Source: Armatimonadota bacterium (GTDB lineage Bacteria; Armatimonadota; SYMT01). From it: a stretch of DNA of 64,000 bases. Within the stretch, counting starts at the first letter, position 1. Each line of letters starts with the position of its first letter. Position numbers and translations under genes: made by a program. The notes under the pieces were generated by a model. That model made no database searches and had not been told where the DNA came from. It saw nothing but the letters and a program-made list of their open reading frames with translations. The stretch lies in assembly GCA_041690135.1 (NCBI GenBank), contig JAWLHY010000003.1, positions 448,001 through 512,000 on the forward strand, written 5' to 3'. Positions 1 to 9,406 of the stretch are shown piece by piece.

Positions 1-188
1 TGCTGGTGGGCATCGTGGCCGCCGTGGTGGCCGTGCTGCCGTCCCTCCTCTCCCCCGGCGCGGAGGTCCCCTACGCCTCGCTGGCAGTCACCCTCGCCGC
101 GGTTTTCCTCAGCGGCTTTCTCTGGACCTGGGCCGCGACGGCTCTCGCCCTTCGGAGCCCGGTGATGGCTGCCTTAAGGAACGAATAG
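1..188 (+). CDS. C-terminal end of a probable ABC transporter permease (FtsX/MacB-like), truncated by window start
   Basis: Two hydrophobic helices ending ...ALALRSPVMAALRNE, resembling the P-x-x-A-L-R-x-E terminus of FtsX-type permeases. Confidence 0.6.
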   Translation, partial: LVGIVAAVVAVLPSLLSPGAEVPYASLAVTLAAVFLSGFLWTWAATALALRSPVMAALRNE

Positions 189-200
189 TCGCCCCAATGC

Positions 201-232
201 GGAGCGCCATCCTCGCAGGAGGATGGCGCTCC
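201..232. repeat. Perfect 14-bp GC-rich hairpin (REP-like palindrome or U-less terminator)
   Basis: ggagcgccatcctc-gcag-gaggatggcgctcc just after the permease stop; no U-tract. Confidence 0.55.
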
Positions 233-303
233 TGGGCGATCTGGAATTCGGATTCCGGGCAGGTTCAACTGCGGCTCGGCGAGTAAACTCACGCCTACAA
301 ACT

Positions 304-340
304 GCGAAGCCTGCCTTCGCAGGCTAGTCGCGGCAGGCGA
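304..340. repeat. Degenerate REP-like palindromic remnant
   Basis: gcgaagcctgccttcgcaggct followed by agtcgcggcaggcga; internal palindrome agcctgc...gcaggct. Confidence 0.35.
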
Positions 341-464
341 TAATCAGATCTCCCCTTCACGATTTCTTAGAAATCCCCGCGTATTCTATGGACGTGAAGA
401 CCGGAGCGAGATTTCCCGCCCCGGTCCGGAACCCATCCCAATCACGATCCACAGGAGTTACGAT

Positions 465-959
465 ATGTTGAAGTCCAAGTCCGTCCGCCTGGCCGCAGTG
501 GCTCTCGGTGCAGCTCTCCTGGCCGCCCCGCACTTCGCGTCGGCCCAGGCTACCGACAAGACGGCCGCCAAGTGCGGAAACTGCGTCGCCGGCAAGAACG
601 TGGCGCAGGGCGAGCAGGGCGCCCGCGGCAAGATGGGCCGCCGCCACCGTGGCATGAACGCCGAGGCCCGCCTGGACCGGATGGCCAAGTTCCTGAACCT
701 GACGGACGACCAGAAGGCGAAGCTGAAGCCGATGATGGAGCAGCACGGGCAGGAAGCCCGCGCCATCTTCCAGGACCAGGCGCTGACCCGGGAGCAGAAG
801 CGCGAAAAGCTCTCCACCCTGCGCAAGGCCCAGCACGAAGCGGTGAGCGCGGTGCTGACCCCCGAGCAGAAGGAAAAGATGGCCGCCGCCCGCGAGCAGA
901 TGAAGCAGCGGTTCCAGAACCGCCGCCAGGGTGCCGGGACGGCGAAGGACAAAGTCTAA
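465..959 (+). CDS. Spy/CpxP-family periplasmic chaperone-like protein (LTxxQ motifs)
   Basis: Signal peptide (AAVALGAALLAAPHFASA); LNLTDDQ, LTREQ and LTPEQ motifs; RBS aggag upstream. Confidence 0.8.
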   Translation: MLKSKSVRLAAVALGAALLAAPHFASAQATDKTAAKCGNCVAGKNVAQGEQGARGKMGRRHRGMNAEARLDRMAKFLNLTDDQKAKLKPMMEQHGQEARAIFQDQALTREQKREKLSTLRKAQHEAVSAVLTPEQKEKMAAAREQMKQRFQNRRQGAGTAKDKV

Positions 960-984
960 CCAGCTTTTGGTTGGATAGCGGTGG

Positions 985-1020
985 GGCGAGCGGGTGCGGC
1001 GGCACCCGCTCGCCTTTTCT
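985..1020 (+). terminator. Rho-independent terminator
   Basis: 13-bp stem ggcgagcgggtgc/gcacccgctcgcc with a 4-nt loop followed by ttttct, downstream of the Spy-like gene. Confidence 0.8.
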
Positions 1021-1032
1021 GGATGAACCCGA

Positions 1033-1812
1033 TCACCCCCTCAAACCGTGCTCGCGCAGAAGCGCATCCGCCCAGGCCGCCTCGGCGGGAGAAAGGCGCG
1101 GTTCGGGGTCCTCGCTGTAATCCACTTTGTAGAGATAGCCGCCGCCTTCGAAGACGCGGTCGAAGACTGCTGCAAGTTGAAGCACCACCTCCGGATCGTC
1201 GCGGCGCAAGGGGACGGGTATGTTGGGTAATGGATCGCGAAGATCAAGGCTGATCAGCCCGAAATCCTGGCTGCCGGCCCGATGGAGTGTGACCCGGTAG
1301 GCGGAAGGCCTGCACCGGTCCGCAGGTACGGCTACCGTGTGCCGCCCGCCGCGCAGGAGGTCGATTTCAATCAGGTTGGTCCGGCTGTGGAGATATTCGC
1401 GCTGCTTCCAGCGGTAGTCTTCGTAGCCGCCGCTCTTGTTCCAGGGACTGAGGATCTCGATCGCGGTCACGATCTCGTGGCTGATAGCATCGCGGATGGT
1501 CACAAACCGCTCCGGCGAACTGAGCTCCGGTATCGAGATGATTTCGGGAGGTGTGACCTGCTCTGTCGAGGGACGAACCGCTACGGCCGTGTTTCCAGCA
1601 GGTTGCCGAGAGGGATCCCGGACGCCCACATCCGGCTCCACTCCACCTTCGTGGAATCCGAGGAGAACTCGTTCTTCAGAACTCGCTACATACCGCGGCA
1701 CAATCTGAGGCTGGAGATCCTTGCAGATTTCGACCACCAGGTGGGTGTGGACCGTGTGCCAGAGATGACCGGCTTCAAGATAGGGGTCCATGCCGGGGAA
1801 GGGGCTGCGCAT
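1033..1812 (-). CDS. DUF4058 family protein (PD-(D/E)XK/Uma2-like fold)
   Basis: Signature start MRSPFPGMDPYLE; EPDV, IEILSPWNK, IEIDLLRGG and LPNIPVPL motifs. Confidence 0.85.
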   Translation of the reverse strand: MRSPFPGMDPYLEAGHLWHTVHTHLVVEICKDLQPQIVPRYVASSEERVLLGFHEGGVEPDVGVRDPSRQPAGNTAVAVRPSTEQVTPPEIISIPELSSPERFVTIRDAISHEIVTAIEILSPWNKSGGYEDYRWKQREYLHSRTNLIEIDLLRGGRHTVAVPADRCRPSAYRVTLHRAGSQDFGLISLDLRDPLPNIPVPLRRDDPEVVLQLAAVFDRVFEGGGYLYKVDYSEDPEPRLSPAEAAWADALLREHGLRG

Positions 1813-1908
1813 CGAGGGTTCTCCGGGTACTGCGGCGGCTCACAATGATCGTACCGCACCCGCTAGAGCTGGTCAACGCTCCCGTTCCGGTCTGGGTAGG
1901 ATGAGAGC

Positions 1909-2595
1909 ATGAAGATTCTACTAATCGAGGACGATGAGGTGATCTCGGAGTTGCTCCGCGAGGGACTGGAAGGGGCGCACTACGCGGTGGACGTGGCCAT
2001 GGACGGCTCCACCGGCCTGGACCTGGCCCTCCGGAACGATTACTCCCTCGTCATCCTCGACCTGATGCTGCCGGGCCGCGATGGCTGGAGCGTGTGCGAG
2101 ACCCTGCGACGACGCCGCAGCACCGTGCCCATCCTCATGCTCACCGCCCGCGACGCGCTGGACGACCGGGTCCGTGGCCTGGAGTTGGGGGCGGACGATT
2201 ACCTTACGAAACCCTTCGAATTCCGGGAGCTACTGGCCCGGGTGCGCGCCCACCTCCGGCGGGAACGGGTGCACCGGACCCGCGTGATCCGCATCGAGGA
2301 TCTGGAGATCGACACCGGCGCCCGTGCCGTGAGCCGCGCGGGGAAGGAGATCCATCTCACCCCGCGCGAATACGCCCTGCTGGAGGCGCTGGCCGCGAAC
2401 GAGGGCCGCACCCTCACCCGCGAGGAGATCCAGGAGCGGGTGTGGCACGACGAGGACAGCTACTCCAACACCGTCAGCGTCCATATCACCTCGCTGCGGA
2501 AGAAGATCGACTCCGGTTTTCCGGTCCGCCTGATCCACACCATTCACGGGGTCGGCTACACCCTGCGCGCTCGCGTGGAGGGAGAAGCGCCATGA
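1909..2595 (+). CDS. OmpR/PhoB-family response regulator
   Basis: REC domain (LIEDD, LDLMLP, ADDYLTKPF) plus winged helix (LTPREYALL, LRKKID, TIHGVGY). Confidence 0.95.
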   Translation: MKILLIEDDEVISELLREGLEGAHYAVDVAMDGSTGLDLALRNDYSLVILDLMLPGRDGWSVCETLRRRRSTVPILMLTARDALDDRVRGLELGADDYLTKPFEFRELLARVRAHLRRERVHRTRVIRIEDLEIDTGARAVSRAGKEIHLTPREYALLEALAANEGRTLTREEIQERVWHDEDSYSNTVSVHITSLRKKIDSGFPVRLIHTIHGVGYTLRARVEGEAP

Positions 2596-4046
2596 GGTGG
2601 CGGTCGTTCCGCGTGCGACTCACCCTCTGGAATGCCGGGGTCCTGGCGCTGGCGTTGACCCTCTTCGGCATGGTGCTGGTCTACAGCATGCAGGTCAGCA
2701 TGCTCCAGGTGATCGACACGGAACTCGCCGACCGCGCCGCGCGCTACGCCTCCGGGCGGCCGTTCCGGTTCCGCGGCTTCGCGGATGGGCCTCGTCGCGG
2801 GTTCCGCGGTGACTCTCCCCGTGCCGAGGCTAATGAAGAATCCGAACCCGACCTCGAACGCCTGATGGCGCTCCGCCGCCCTCGTTTTGTCGGCCCCGCG
2901 GGGCAGAGCCTCCGAACCGGGGGTGAGGACGCCTGGGACCCGGCCGCCGCCCGGGCCGCCTATGCGGGCGAGCGTCGCTACTCCATTGTCCGGTGGGAAG
3001 GGGAGCGGCTGCGCGTGCTGTCCGTCCCGCTCCGCCGCGGGAACGAGACCGTCGGAGTGGTCCAGGTCGCCCGCAGTCTTCAGGAGTTCGACGGCCAGCG
3101 CCGGCGGCAGCTCGCGCTGCTCCTGCTGCTGCTGCCGGTCGCGCTGTCCGTCGCCGTGCTGGGCGGTTGGCACCAGGCGAACCGCGCACTGCACCCCGTC
3201 CGCCGGGTCACGCAGGCGGCGGAGCAGATCAGCGCCGAGGACCTCTCCCAGCGCCTGGAGGTTTCCGGCGACGATGAGCTGGCGCGGCTGGCGCGGACCT
3301 TCAACGGCATGATCGCGCGTCTCGATGCCGCCTTCCGGGGCCGGGAAGAAGCGTACCGCCGGCTGGAGGCGGCTTACGAACAGCAGCGCCGCTTTACCTC
3401 CGATGCCTCGCACGAGTTGCGGACCCCGCTCACCCGCATCAAGACCAGCACCAGCATGGCTCTCAGCGAGGAGCGGTCCGCCCCCGAGTACCGCAAGGCC
3501 CTGGTGATTGCCGACCGCGCCGCCAACGGGATGCAGCGGATCATCGAGGATCTGCTGCTGCTCGCCCGCTCCGACGCGGGCCGCCTCGCTCTCCGGCTGG
3601 AAACGCGCGACATGGCCGAGGTGGTCCGGTATGCCCTGGCCCAACTCCCGGAAGACGCCGCCGGGCGGATCACTCTCGACCTGCCGGAGGAGCCACTCCC
3701 CGTGCGCGCCGATGTGCCGCACCTCGCGCGCGTTTTCGTCAACCTGCTGGAGAACGCCCTCCACTATACCCCTGCGGAAGGCGAGATCCGTCTTACCGCC
3801 CACCGCCGCGACGGCCTGGTGCGGGTCACCGTCTCCGACACCGGCTGCGGCATCGCGCCGGAGCACCTCCCGCACCTCTTCGAGCGCTTCTACCGCGTGG
3901 ACGCCGCCCGCAACCGCCGCGAAGGGGGTACCGGCCTTGGTCTCGCCATCAGCAAGAGCCTGGTGGAGGCCCATGGCGGCATCCTCACGGCCGACAGCGA
4001 GCCCGGCCGCGGCGCCACCTTCACCGTCTCCCTGCCTCTGGTGTAG
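2592..4046 (+). CDS. Sensor histidine kinase (2 TM, HAMP, HisKA, HATPase)
   Basis: ATG at 2592 overlaps the regulator stop (ATGA); SHELRTPL H-box, NLLENAL, DTGCGI, GGTGLGLAI. Confidence 0.93.
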   Translation: MRWRSFRVRLTLWNAGVLALALTLFGMVLVYSMQVSMLQVIDTELADRAARYASGRPFRFRGFADGPRRGFRGDSPRAEANEESEPDLERLMALRRPRFVGPAGQSLRTGGEDAWDPAAARAAYAGERRYSIVRWEGERLRVLSVPLRRGNETVGVVQVARSLQEFDGQRRRQLALLLLLLPVALSVAVLGGWHQANRALHPVRRVTQAAEQISAEDLSQRLEVSGDDELARLARTFNGMIARLDAAFRGREEAYRRLEAAYEQQRRFTSDASHELRTPLTRIKTSTSMALSEERSAPEYRKALVIADRAANGMQRIIEDLLLLARSDAGRLALRLETRDMAEVVRYALAQLPEDAAGRITLDLPEEPLPVRADVPHLARVFVNLLENALHYTPAEGEIRLTAHRRDGLVRVTVSDTGCGIAPEHLPHLFERFYRVDAARNRREGGTGLGLAISKSLVEAHGGILTADSEPGRGATFTVSLPLV

Positions 4047-4078
4047 CAGAGATGGTCGAATAACAGGCAATTACAATC

Positions 4079-4809
4079 GTCTCTGCGAGGAGGGGTAAAA
4101 CCCAGCCGACTTCACAGACCCTATGCTGCCACATTGCCGAAGCGCAGCGAGCCTGAACCTGCACCCGGCACCCGACGTGGCAGGCCCCCTGGTCAGGGCA
4201 GTCGTCGTTACACAGCAGTGGTAACCTCCTGCCAAACCGTGGCAACGTTCGGGACCAGAGCGTTGCCGGTTGGAGACAGCAGCCTGTTGGTGCGGGATCC
4301 AGGCCTCGCATCCACATACCAGGGGGATTGCCCTAGCTTCGCCGGCTAAACTGACGACCGACGATGCGGCGGACCACGGGCGGGTATTACCGTTCGGCAC
4401 GCTTGCAGCATCGCTCAGTGGCCGGCGTGGTCGGTCTCGCTATCACAGGAAAGCCTTTAAGGGGTCAGTGCAAGCAACTGAGCAGGTACGGTTTCCCAGA
4501 GGGAGGCCGCGCAAGCGCCGTCACTCCCGGCAAGCCTCGCAGAGCCGTGTGGAAAAACAGTTTCGTGGCGAGTGGCCAGCAACTGCTCAGTTCCTTCCCG
4601 CAACCCTGAGTCCCGAACGCTGCCAGGGTTTGGCAGCAGGCTACCCTATGCTACGCCGGGCAAACTCGCTTCCGTGTAAGGACAACTCCCCTGACCAGGG
4701 GGCCTGCCGCGTCGGGTATAGAGGTGTGACTTCAGAGCGGCTGTGCTTCGGCAGTGCGGCGGAGGGGTGTCGGGGAAGACGGTTGGCTCCTACCCCTCCT
4801 CGCAGAGAC
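4079..4809. repeat. Long imperfect inverted-repeat element with structured arms (candidate ncRNA pair or MITE-like element)
   Basis: 4079-4097 is the exact reverse complement of 4791-4809; 4171-4198 vs 4689-4716 match 27/28; 4229-4255 vs 4610-4636 match 25/27; located between two convergent genes. Confidence 0.85.
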
Positions 4810-4887
4810 AGCTAAAAACATCACAGTTAGAGTAGGTCGGGCCTCCTGACCAACACACGGTCCGTACCGGCGCAGAGACGCTCATGT

Positions 4888-6348
4888 TCAACAAGATCGT
4901 CCCTGCTTGGGCAACTCCGCGCCGTAGAGGCAAAGCTTCTCCACCTCCCCGTCCGCGTTCAGGCCGAAGGTGACCTGCGTTTCCACACCCGCATTCCGGT
5001 TGTGGGCGGAGAAGGTGTCGTAGTGCCAGTGGGCGAGGAGGAAGCGGAAGCTGCTCCACCGCAGCACCAGCTCTTCGCCTTCCAGCGCCACTTCCGCTGT
5101 GCCGTAGGCGTCGTCGCGGTAGATGCCCGTGTAGGCGGCAAGTTCCCGTGACGGGCGCGTATCCCGGTGGCGCTTCGCTTCGCTTTCCGCTTTCCGCTCT
5201 CGCTCCTCGGCCTCGGCGCGGTCCTGGAGATCCTTGAGCAGGCCGTTCCAGTCCTTCGGCGGCAGCCCCAGGAGGAGGTCGAGCAGGGTATTGCGCAGGG
5301 CCTCGTGCATCCGCGTGGGGCCCGCGTTGACCAGCACTGCGATACCCAGGTTAAGCGAGGGCACCAGGCAGACGGTCGACCGGAACCCGTCGATGGCGCC
5401 GCCGTGGGAGAGCATCTTCCGGCCCCGGTAATCCCACACCATCCAGCCCATGGCGTAGCTTTGCTGGGTGGTTTCGGTCAACTCGAAGGTGAGCTCGTCC
5501 AGATCCCCTTCGACCCGGATAACGATCTGGGGGGTGTGGGTCTCCTTCAGGGACTCAGGAGAGACCAGCCGCTTTCCCTGGAAGCAGCCACCCTGAAGCT
5601 GCATCCGCATCCAGCGGCCGAGATCCGCTACCCCCGAATTGATCGATCCGCCCGGGCCTTCCGCATCCAGCTCCAACCAGGGGATCGGCGCCAGCACACC
5701 CGCCTCGTTCTTGCGGTGGGGGCTGGCGTGGTCCGGAGCGCGCTCAGCGTCCTCGGAGCGGAAGTTGGCCCCCGTCATCCCCAGGGGATCGAAGATGCGC
5801 GCCTGGACGAACTCCTCCCAGGTCCCGCCGGTGAGGGCGCCCACCACCAGTCCGGCGGCCATGAACATGATGTTATTGTATTGATACTTCGCGCGGAGTT
5901 GGACGGTGGGCTGAACATAGCCGATGCGTCGAACGATCTCCTCCCGGCTCCAGGCGGACTGGTACCAGAGCATGTCGTTGCGGGCCATGCCGGTGCGGTG
6001 GGTTACCAGGTCGCGGACCGTTACCTGGGCGTCGGCCAGCGGGTCGGCCAGCCGGAACCAGGGGAGGTGCTTCCGAACGGGGTCGTCCCAGGCCAGCTTC
6101 CCTTCGTCCACCAGCATGGCCAGCGCTGCCGTCGTGAACGCCTTGGTCGTGGAGGCGATCCCGAACAGGGTCTCCGGCGTTACGGGCTCTCCGGTGCGGA
6201 GATCTCGTACCCCGTGTCCCTGTACGTAGAACTCCTCGTCGCCGTGGACCACCGCCACCCCGGCGCCCGGAACTCCCCAGAACTCCAGTCCGGCCCGTAC
6301 TGCCGCCTCCAGCGCCGCCGCGTTGGGAGACTCGTTTCGCTCCTGCAT
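4888..6348 (-). CDS. Serine hydrolase, beta-lactamase/AmpC-like family with C-terminal DUF3471-like domain
   Basis: SxxK (STTK), YNN and HGG motifs; C-terminal YTGIYRDDAYG; ATG at 6348 with ggagg RBS. Confidence 0.9.
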   Translation of the reverse strand: MQERNESPNAAALEAAVRAGLEFWGVPGAGVAVVHGDEEFYVQGHGVRDLRTGEPVTPETLFGIASTTKAFTTAALAMLVDEGKLAWDDPVRKHLPWFRLADPLADAQVTVRDLVTHRTGMARNDMLWYQSAWSREEIVRRIGYVQPTVQLRAKYQYNNIMFMAAGLVVGALTGGTWEEFVQARIFDPLGMTGANFRSEDAERAPDHASPHRKNEAGVLAPIPWLELDAEGPGGSINSGVADLGRWMRMQLQGGCFQGKRLVSPESLKETHTPQIVIRVEGDLDELTFELTETTQQSYAMGWMVWDYRGRKMLSHGGAIDGFRSTVCLVPSLNLGIAVLVNAGPTRMHEALRNTLLDLLLGLPPKDWNGLLKDLQDRAEAEERERKAESEAKRHRDTRPSRELAAYTGIYRDDAYGTAEVALEGEELVLRWSSFRFLLAHWHYDTFSAHNRNAGVETQVTFGLNADGEVEKLCLYGAELPKQGRSC

Positions 6349-6837
6349 GGTATTTGCTCCTCCGCTAACCCTATAAGACCCGTTCACGCTAACGGCTCTC
6401 CGCTCCTACTCGCCCTGGGATGCCGGAGGTGGGGCATCGTGTTCGCGAGTTCCACAGTCGTTGCGGGTGCGGTACCGGGTGCATGGCGGTGTTTGGTCAC
6501 CGTGATTGCGAGCGCCATGTCCGGTACGGGCGCGAACCGTCACCAGGGGCGTACACGGGTTGCACCCGATGCGCGTACCGTGACCGACGGGCATCGCCCA
6601 CACCCAGGGGGAACCCGGCACCCGCCCTCTGCTACCCTCCGCCTCCCACTTCTTTCCTGGCACTCTCTGTGCTCTCCGTGAGCTCTGGGGTGAGATCGGT
6701 TCGGCTGGGGTTATGCCGCGCAAATTTGACTGTGGCTCCAGCTCTCAACCGCTTTGCGGCCGAGCGTGGGATCATCCTCTGGGTCCAGAGTGAAACCTAA
6801 TCACCTCTCCGGTGTCCCAACTCCACAGTTATTGGGC

Positions 6838-9393
6838 ATGAGCAGGGGAGTGGCCGTGCGGCACGCGATCGTTCTGGCAGCATTCGTAACCATCCTGGGA
6901 GCGGCTCCGGCCGGGGCGAGCCTGCAGGTTAGCCCGCGTACCCTGGTTCTCGAGCGCCCGGAGGCCACGGAGCAGCTCCAGGTCCTCGCCCCCAAAGGGC
7001 CGGACCGCAGCCTCGACCTCACCCGCACCGTCCGCTACACCTCCAGCAACCCCCGTGTGGCGACGGTTTCCACCGCGGGCCGGGTGGAGCCGCGGGGAGA
7101 GGGACGGGCGGAGATCCGCATCAGCCACGGTAAGTTCCTCTTGAAGGTGCCGGTGGAGGTCAAGAGCCTCCAGCAGCCGGCGCCAATCTCCTTCGAGCGG
7201 GACGTGATCCCAATTCTGACCAAGGCGGGCTGCAACGGCGGAAGCTGCCACGGCAAGGCCGAGGGGAAGAACGGCTTCAAGCTCAGCGTCTTCGGTTTCG
7301 ATCCGGAAGCGGACTACGGGGACATCACGCGCCGCCCACCGGGGCGCCGGATCAACCCCGTACGCCCGGGCGCCAGCCTGCTCTTGCAGAAAGCGGTGGC
7401 CCAGGTGCCCCACGCGGGCGGCAAGCGATTCGATGAAAAGAGCTCCTCGTATCGCCTTCTCGCCCGGTGGATTGCGGAAGGAGCCCGCCTGACCGAGGCC
7501 GCTCCGCTGACCCGGATCGAGATCTCGCCGCGGCGCCAGACGCTCGGACCGAAGGGCGTGCAGCAGATCCGCGTGATCGCGGTCGATGCCGACGGCCGGA
7601 AACGGTGCGTCACCGCGGAGGCGGAGTACGAATCGAACGCGGGTGTCATCGCCGAGGTGGACCGCGAGGGCTGGGTGCAGGCCTCGGGCATCCCCGGCGA
7701 GGCGGCGGTGCTGGTCCGCTATCAGGGGCAGGTCGCAGTCTGCCGGATCACCGTCCCCCAGCCTGGGGTCGCGTTCCGCCGTCCCGCCGAGACCAACTTC
7801 ATCGATACGCTGGTCTGGAACAAGCTCCAGCACCTCGGCATCCCGCCCAGCGAGCCGGCTAGCGATGCCGAGTTCCTCCGCCGCGCCTACCTGGACACCA
7901 TTGGGACACTGCCTACCGCAGCCGAGACGCGTGCCTTTCTACAAGAGTGCGACGCGGAGCGCCAGGCGGGTGCCGCGAACAACGCGCAGGGGGGCGAGGG
8001 CACCGGGAGCAAGGGAAAGAGCAACAACGCACAGCCCCTTCCTACTCCTACTCCTAATGGCTCTACGGCGCCCATTCAACCCGCGCCCGCTCTGAAAACC
8101 CGCGCTCGCCTGATCGACCAACTCCTGAACCGTCCCGAATACGCCGATTACTGGGCGATGCGCTGGGCCGACCTGCTGCGGGTCGATAAGGAAGTGGTGG
8201 GGCACCAGGCCACGGTGGCGTTCACGCGGTGGCTGCGGCGGCAATTCGCGGAGAATCGTCCCTACGACCAGTTTGCCCGGGAGATCCTCACGGCCCGCGG
8301 GGAATTGACGACGGAAGGCCCGGCGGCACTCTACCGGGTGCTGGAGAAGCCGGAAGAGGCGAGCCGCTCCCTCAGTCAGCTCTTTCTCGGTGTGCGGATC
8401 GAGTGCGCGCAGTGCCACCACCACCCTTCCGAACGGTGGGGGCAGGACGACTACTTCGCCTTCGCGGGGTTTTTCACTGGGATCGCCCGCAAGAAGGTGC
8501 CGGGTGGAGGAGAGGCGATTGTCGTCAAGAACGGGACCAACCTGAAGCACCCCCGTTCGGGCGAGGAAGTGCCGGTGCGGGCGCTCGGCGCCCCGGCGGC
8601 GGAGGTGGCGGCGGGCGCCGATCGCCGTGTCGCCCTGGCGGATTGGCTGCTCTCACCAGAGAACCCCTACTTCGCGCGGGTGATCGCCAACCGGCTCTGG
8701 GCGCACTACTTTGGCCGGGGGCTGGTGGAGCCGATCGATGACTTCCGCGCCACCAACCCGGCCGTGAACGAGCCCTTGCTCGACGCCCTGGCGAAACACC
8801 TGCGGGAGCTAAACTACGACCTCAAGGCGTTCACACGCACGCTGCTCACTTCGCAGGTCTACGCCCTCAGCACGCGGACGCATCCCCAGAACGCCAACGA
8901 CGCGCAGAACTTCTCCCATGCTTCCTACCGCGCGCTGCCCGCGGAGGTGCTGCTGGACGCCATCTGCCAGGCGACCGGCATCCCGGAGCAGTTCTCGGGC
9001 TGGCCCACGGGTTACCGGGCGATCCAGGTGTGGGACAACCGCATCCCCTCCTACTTCTTCCGGATCTTCGGGAAGCCGGTCCGCGCCAGCGTGTGCGAGT
9101 GCGAGCGGAGCAGCGAGCCGAGCATCGCCCAGGCGCTGCACCTGATGAACTCCCCGGAGATCGACGCGAAGATCCGGGCGCGCGAGGGCACGGCCCGCCG
9201 GCTTGCGGAGAGCGATCTATCGCCGGACCGCATCATTGAGGAACTGTTTCTGGGGACCCTCTCCCGCTTCCCCACGCTCAAGGAACGGGAGGCGATGACC
9301 ACCATTTTCCAGGAAGCGGGCAACCGCCGCGCGGGCACGGAAGACGTGCTCTGGGCGCTGCTTAATTCCCGCGAGTTTGTCTTCAACCACTGA
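6838..9393 (+). CDS. Secreted DUF1549/DUF1553 (PSCyt2/PSD1) protein with Ig-like domains
   Basis: Signal peptide; SFERDVIPILTKAGCNGGSCHG, FLRRAYLD, CAQCHHHP, NRLWAHYFGRGLVEP, ending DVLWALLNSREFVFNH. Start could be GTG 6850 or 6856. Confidence 0.9.
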   Translation: MSRGVAVRHAIVLAAFVTILGAAPAGASLQVSPRTLVLERPEATEQLQVLAPKGPDRSLDLTRTVRYTSSNPRVATVSTAGRVEPRGEGRAEIRISHGKFLLKVPVEVKSLQQPAPISFERDVIPILTKAGCNGGSCHGKAEGKNGFKLSVFGFDPEADYGDITRRPPGRRINPVRPGASLLLQKAVAQVPHAGGKRFDEKSSSYRLLARWIAEGARLTEAAPLTRIEISPRRQTLGPKGVQQIRVIAVDADGRKRCVTAEAEYESNAGVIAEVDREGWVQASGIPGEAAVLVRYQGQVAVCRITVPQPGVAFRRPAETNFIDTLVWNKLQHLGIPPSEPASDAEFLRRAYLDTIGTLPTAAETRAFLQECDAERQAGAANNAQGGEGTGSKGKSNNAQPLPTPTPNGSTAPIQPAPALKTRARLIDQLLNRPEYADYWAMRWADLLRVDKEVVGHQATVAFTRWLRRQFAENRPYDQFAREILTARGELTTEGPAALYRVLEKPEEASRSLSQLFLGVRIECAQCHHHPSERWGQDDYFAFAGFFTGIARKKVPGGGEAIVVKNGTNLKHPRSGEEVPVRALGAPAAEVAAGADRRVALADWLLSPENPYFARVIANRLWAHYFGRGLVEPIDDFRATNPAVNEPLLDALAKHLRELNYDLKAFTRTLLTSQVYALSTRTHPQNANDAQNFSHASYRALPAEVLLDAICQATGIPEQFSGWPTGYRAIQVWDNRIPSYFFRIFGKPVRASVCECERSSEPSIAQALHLMNSPEIDAKIRAREGTARRLAESDLSPDRIIEELFLGTLSRFPTLKEREAMTTIFQEAGNRRAGTEDVLWALLNSREFVFNH

Positions 9394-9406
9394 AGCGAGG
9401 GACGCC

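Noticed and set aside
2094-2591. N-terminal extension of the 650-aa kinase ORF
   Set aside because: It overlaps the response regulator out of frame; the ATG at 2592 with an ATGA overlap is the better start.
4290-4800. Group II intron remnant (GTGCG at 4290; gagcgg...ggagggg...cctacccc near the end)
   Set aside because: The putative domain V does not base-pair as required, there is no RT ORF, and an intron would not explain the inverted duplication.
4021-4815. ORFs 4021-4317, 4071-4400, 4134-4349 and 4270-4815
   Set aside because: No recognisable motifs or RBS and atypical composition; the shared PDQGAC peptide simply reflects the inverted repeat.
6349-6837. Structured RNA or small gene in the divergent gap
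   Set aside because: Only short degenerate repeats and a nonamer tract near 6660; no convincing fold or ORF.
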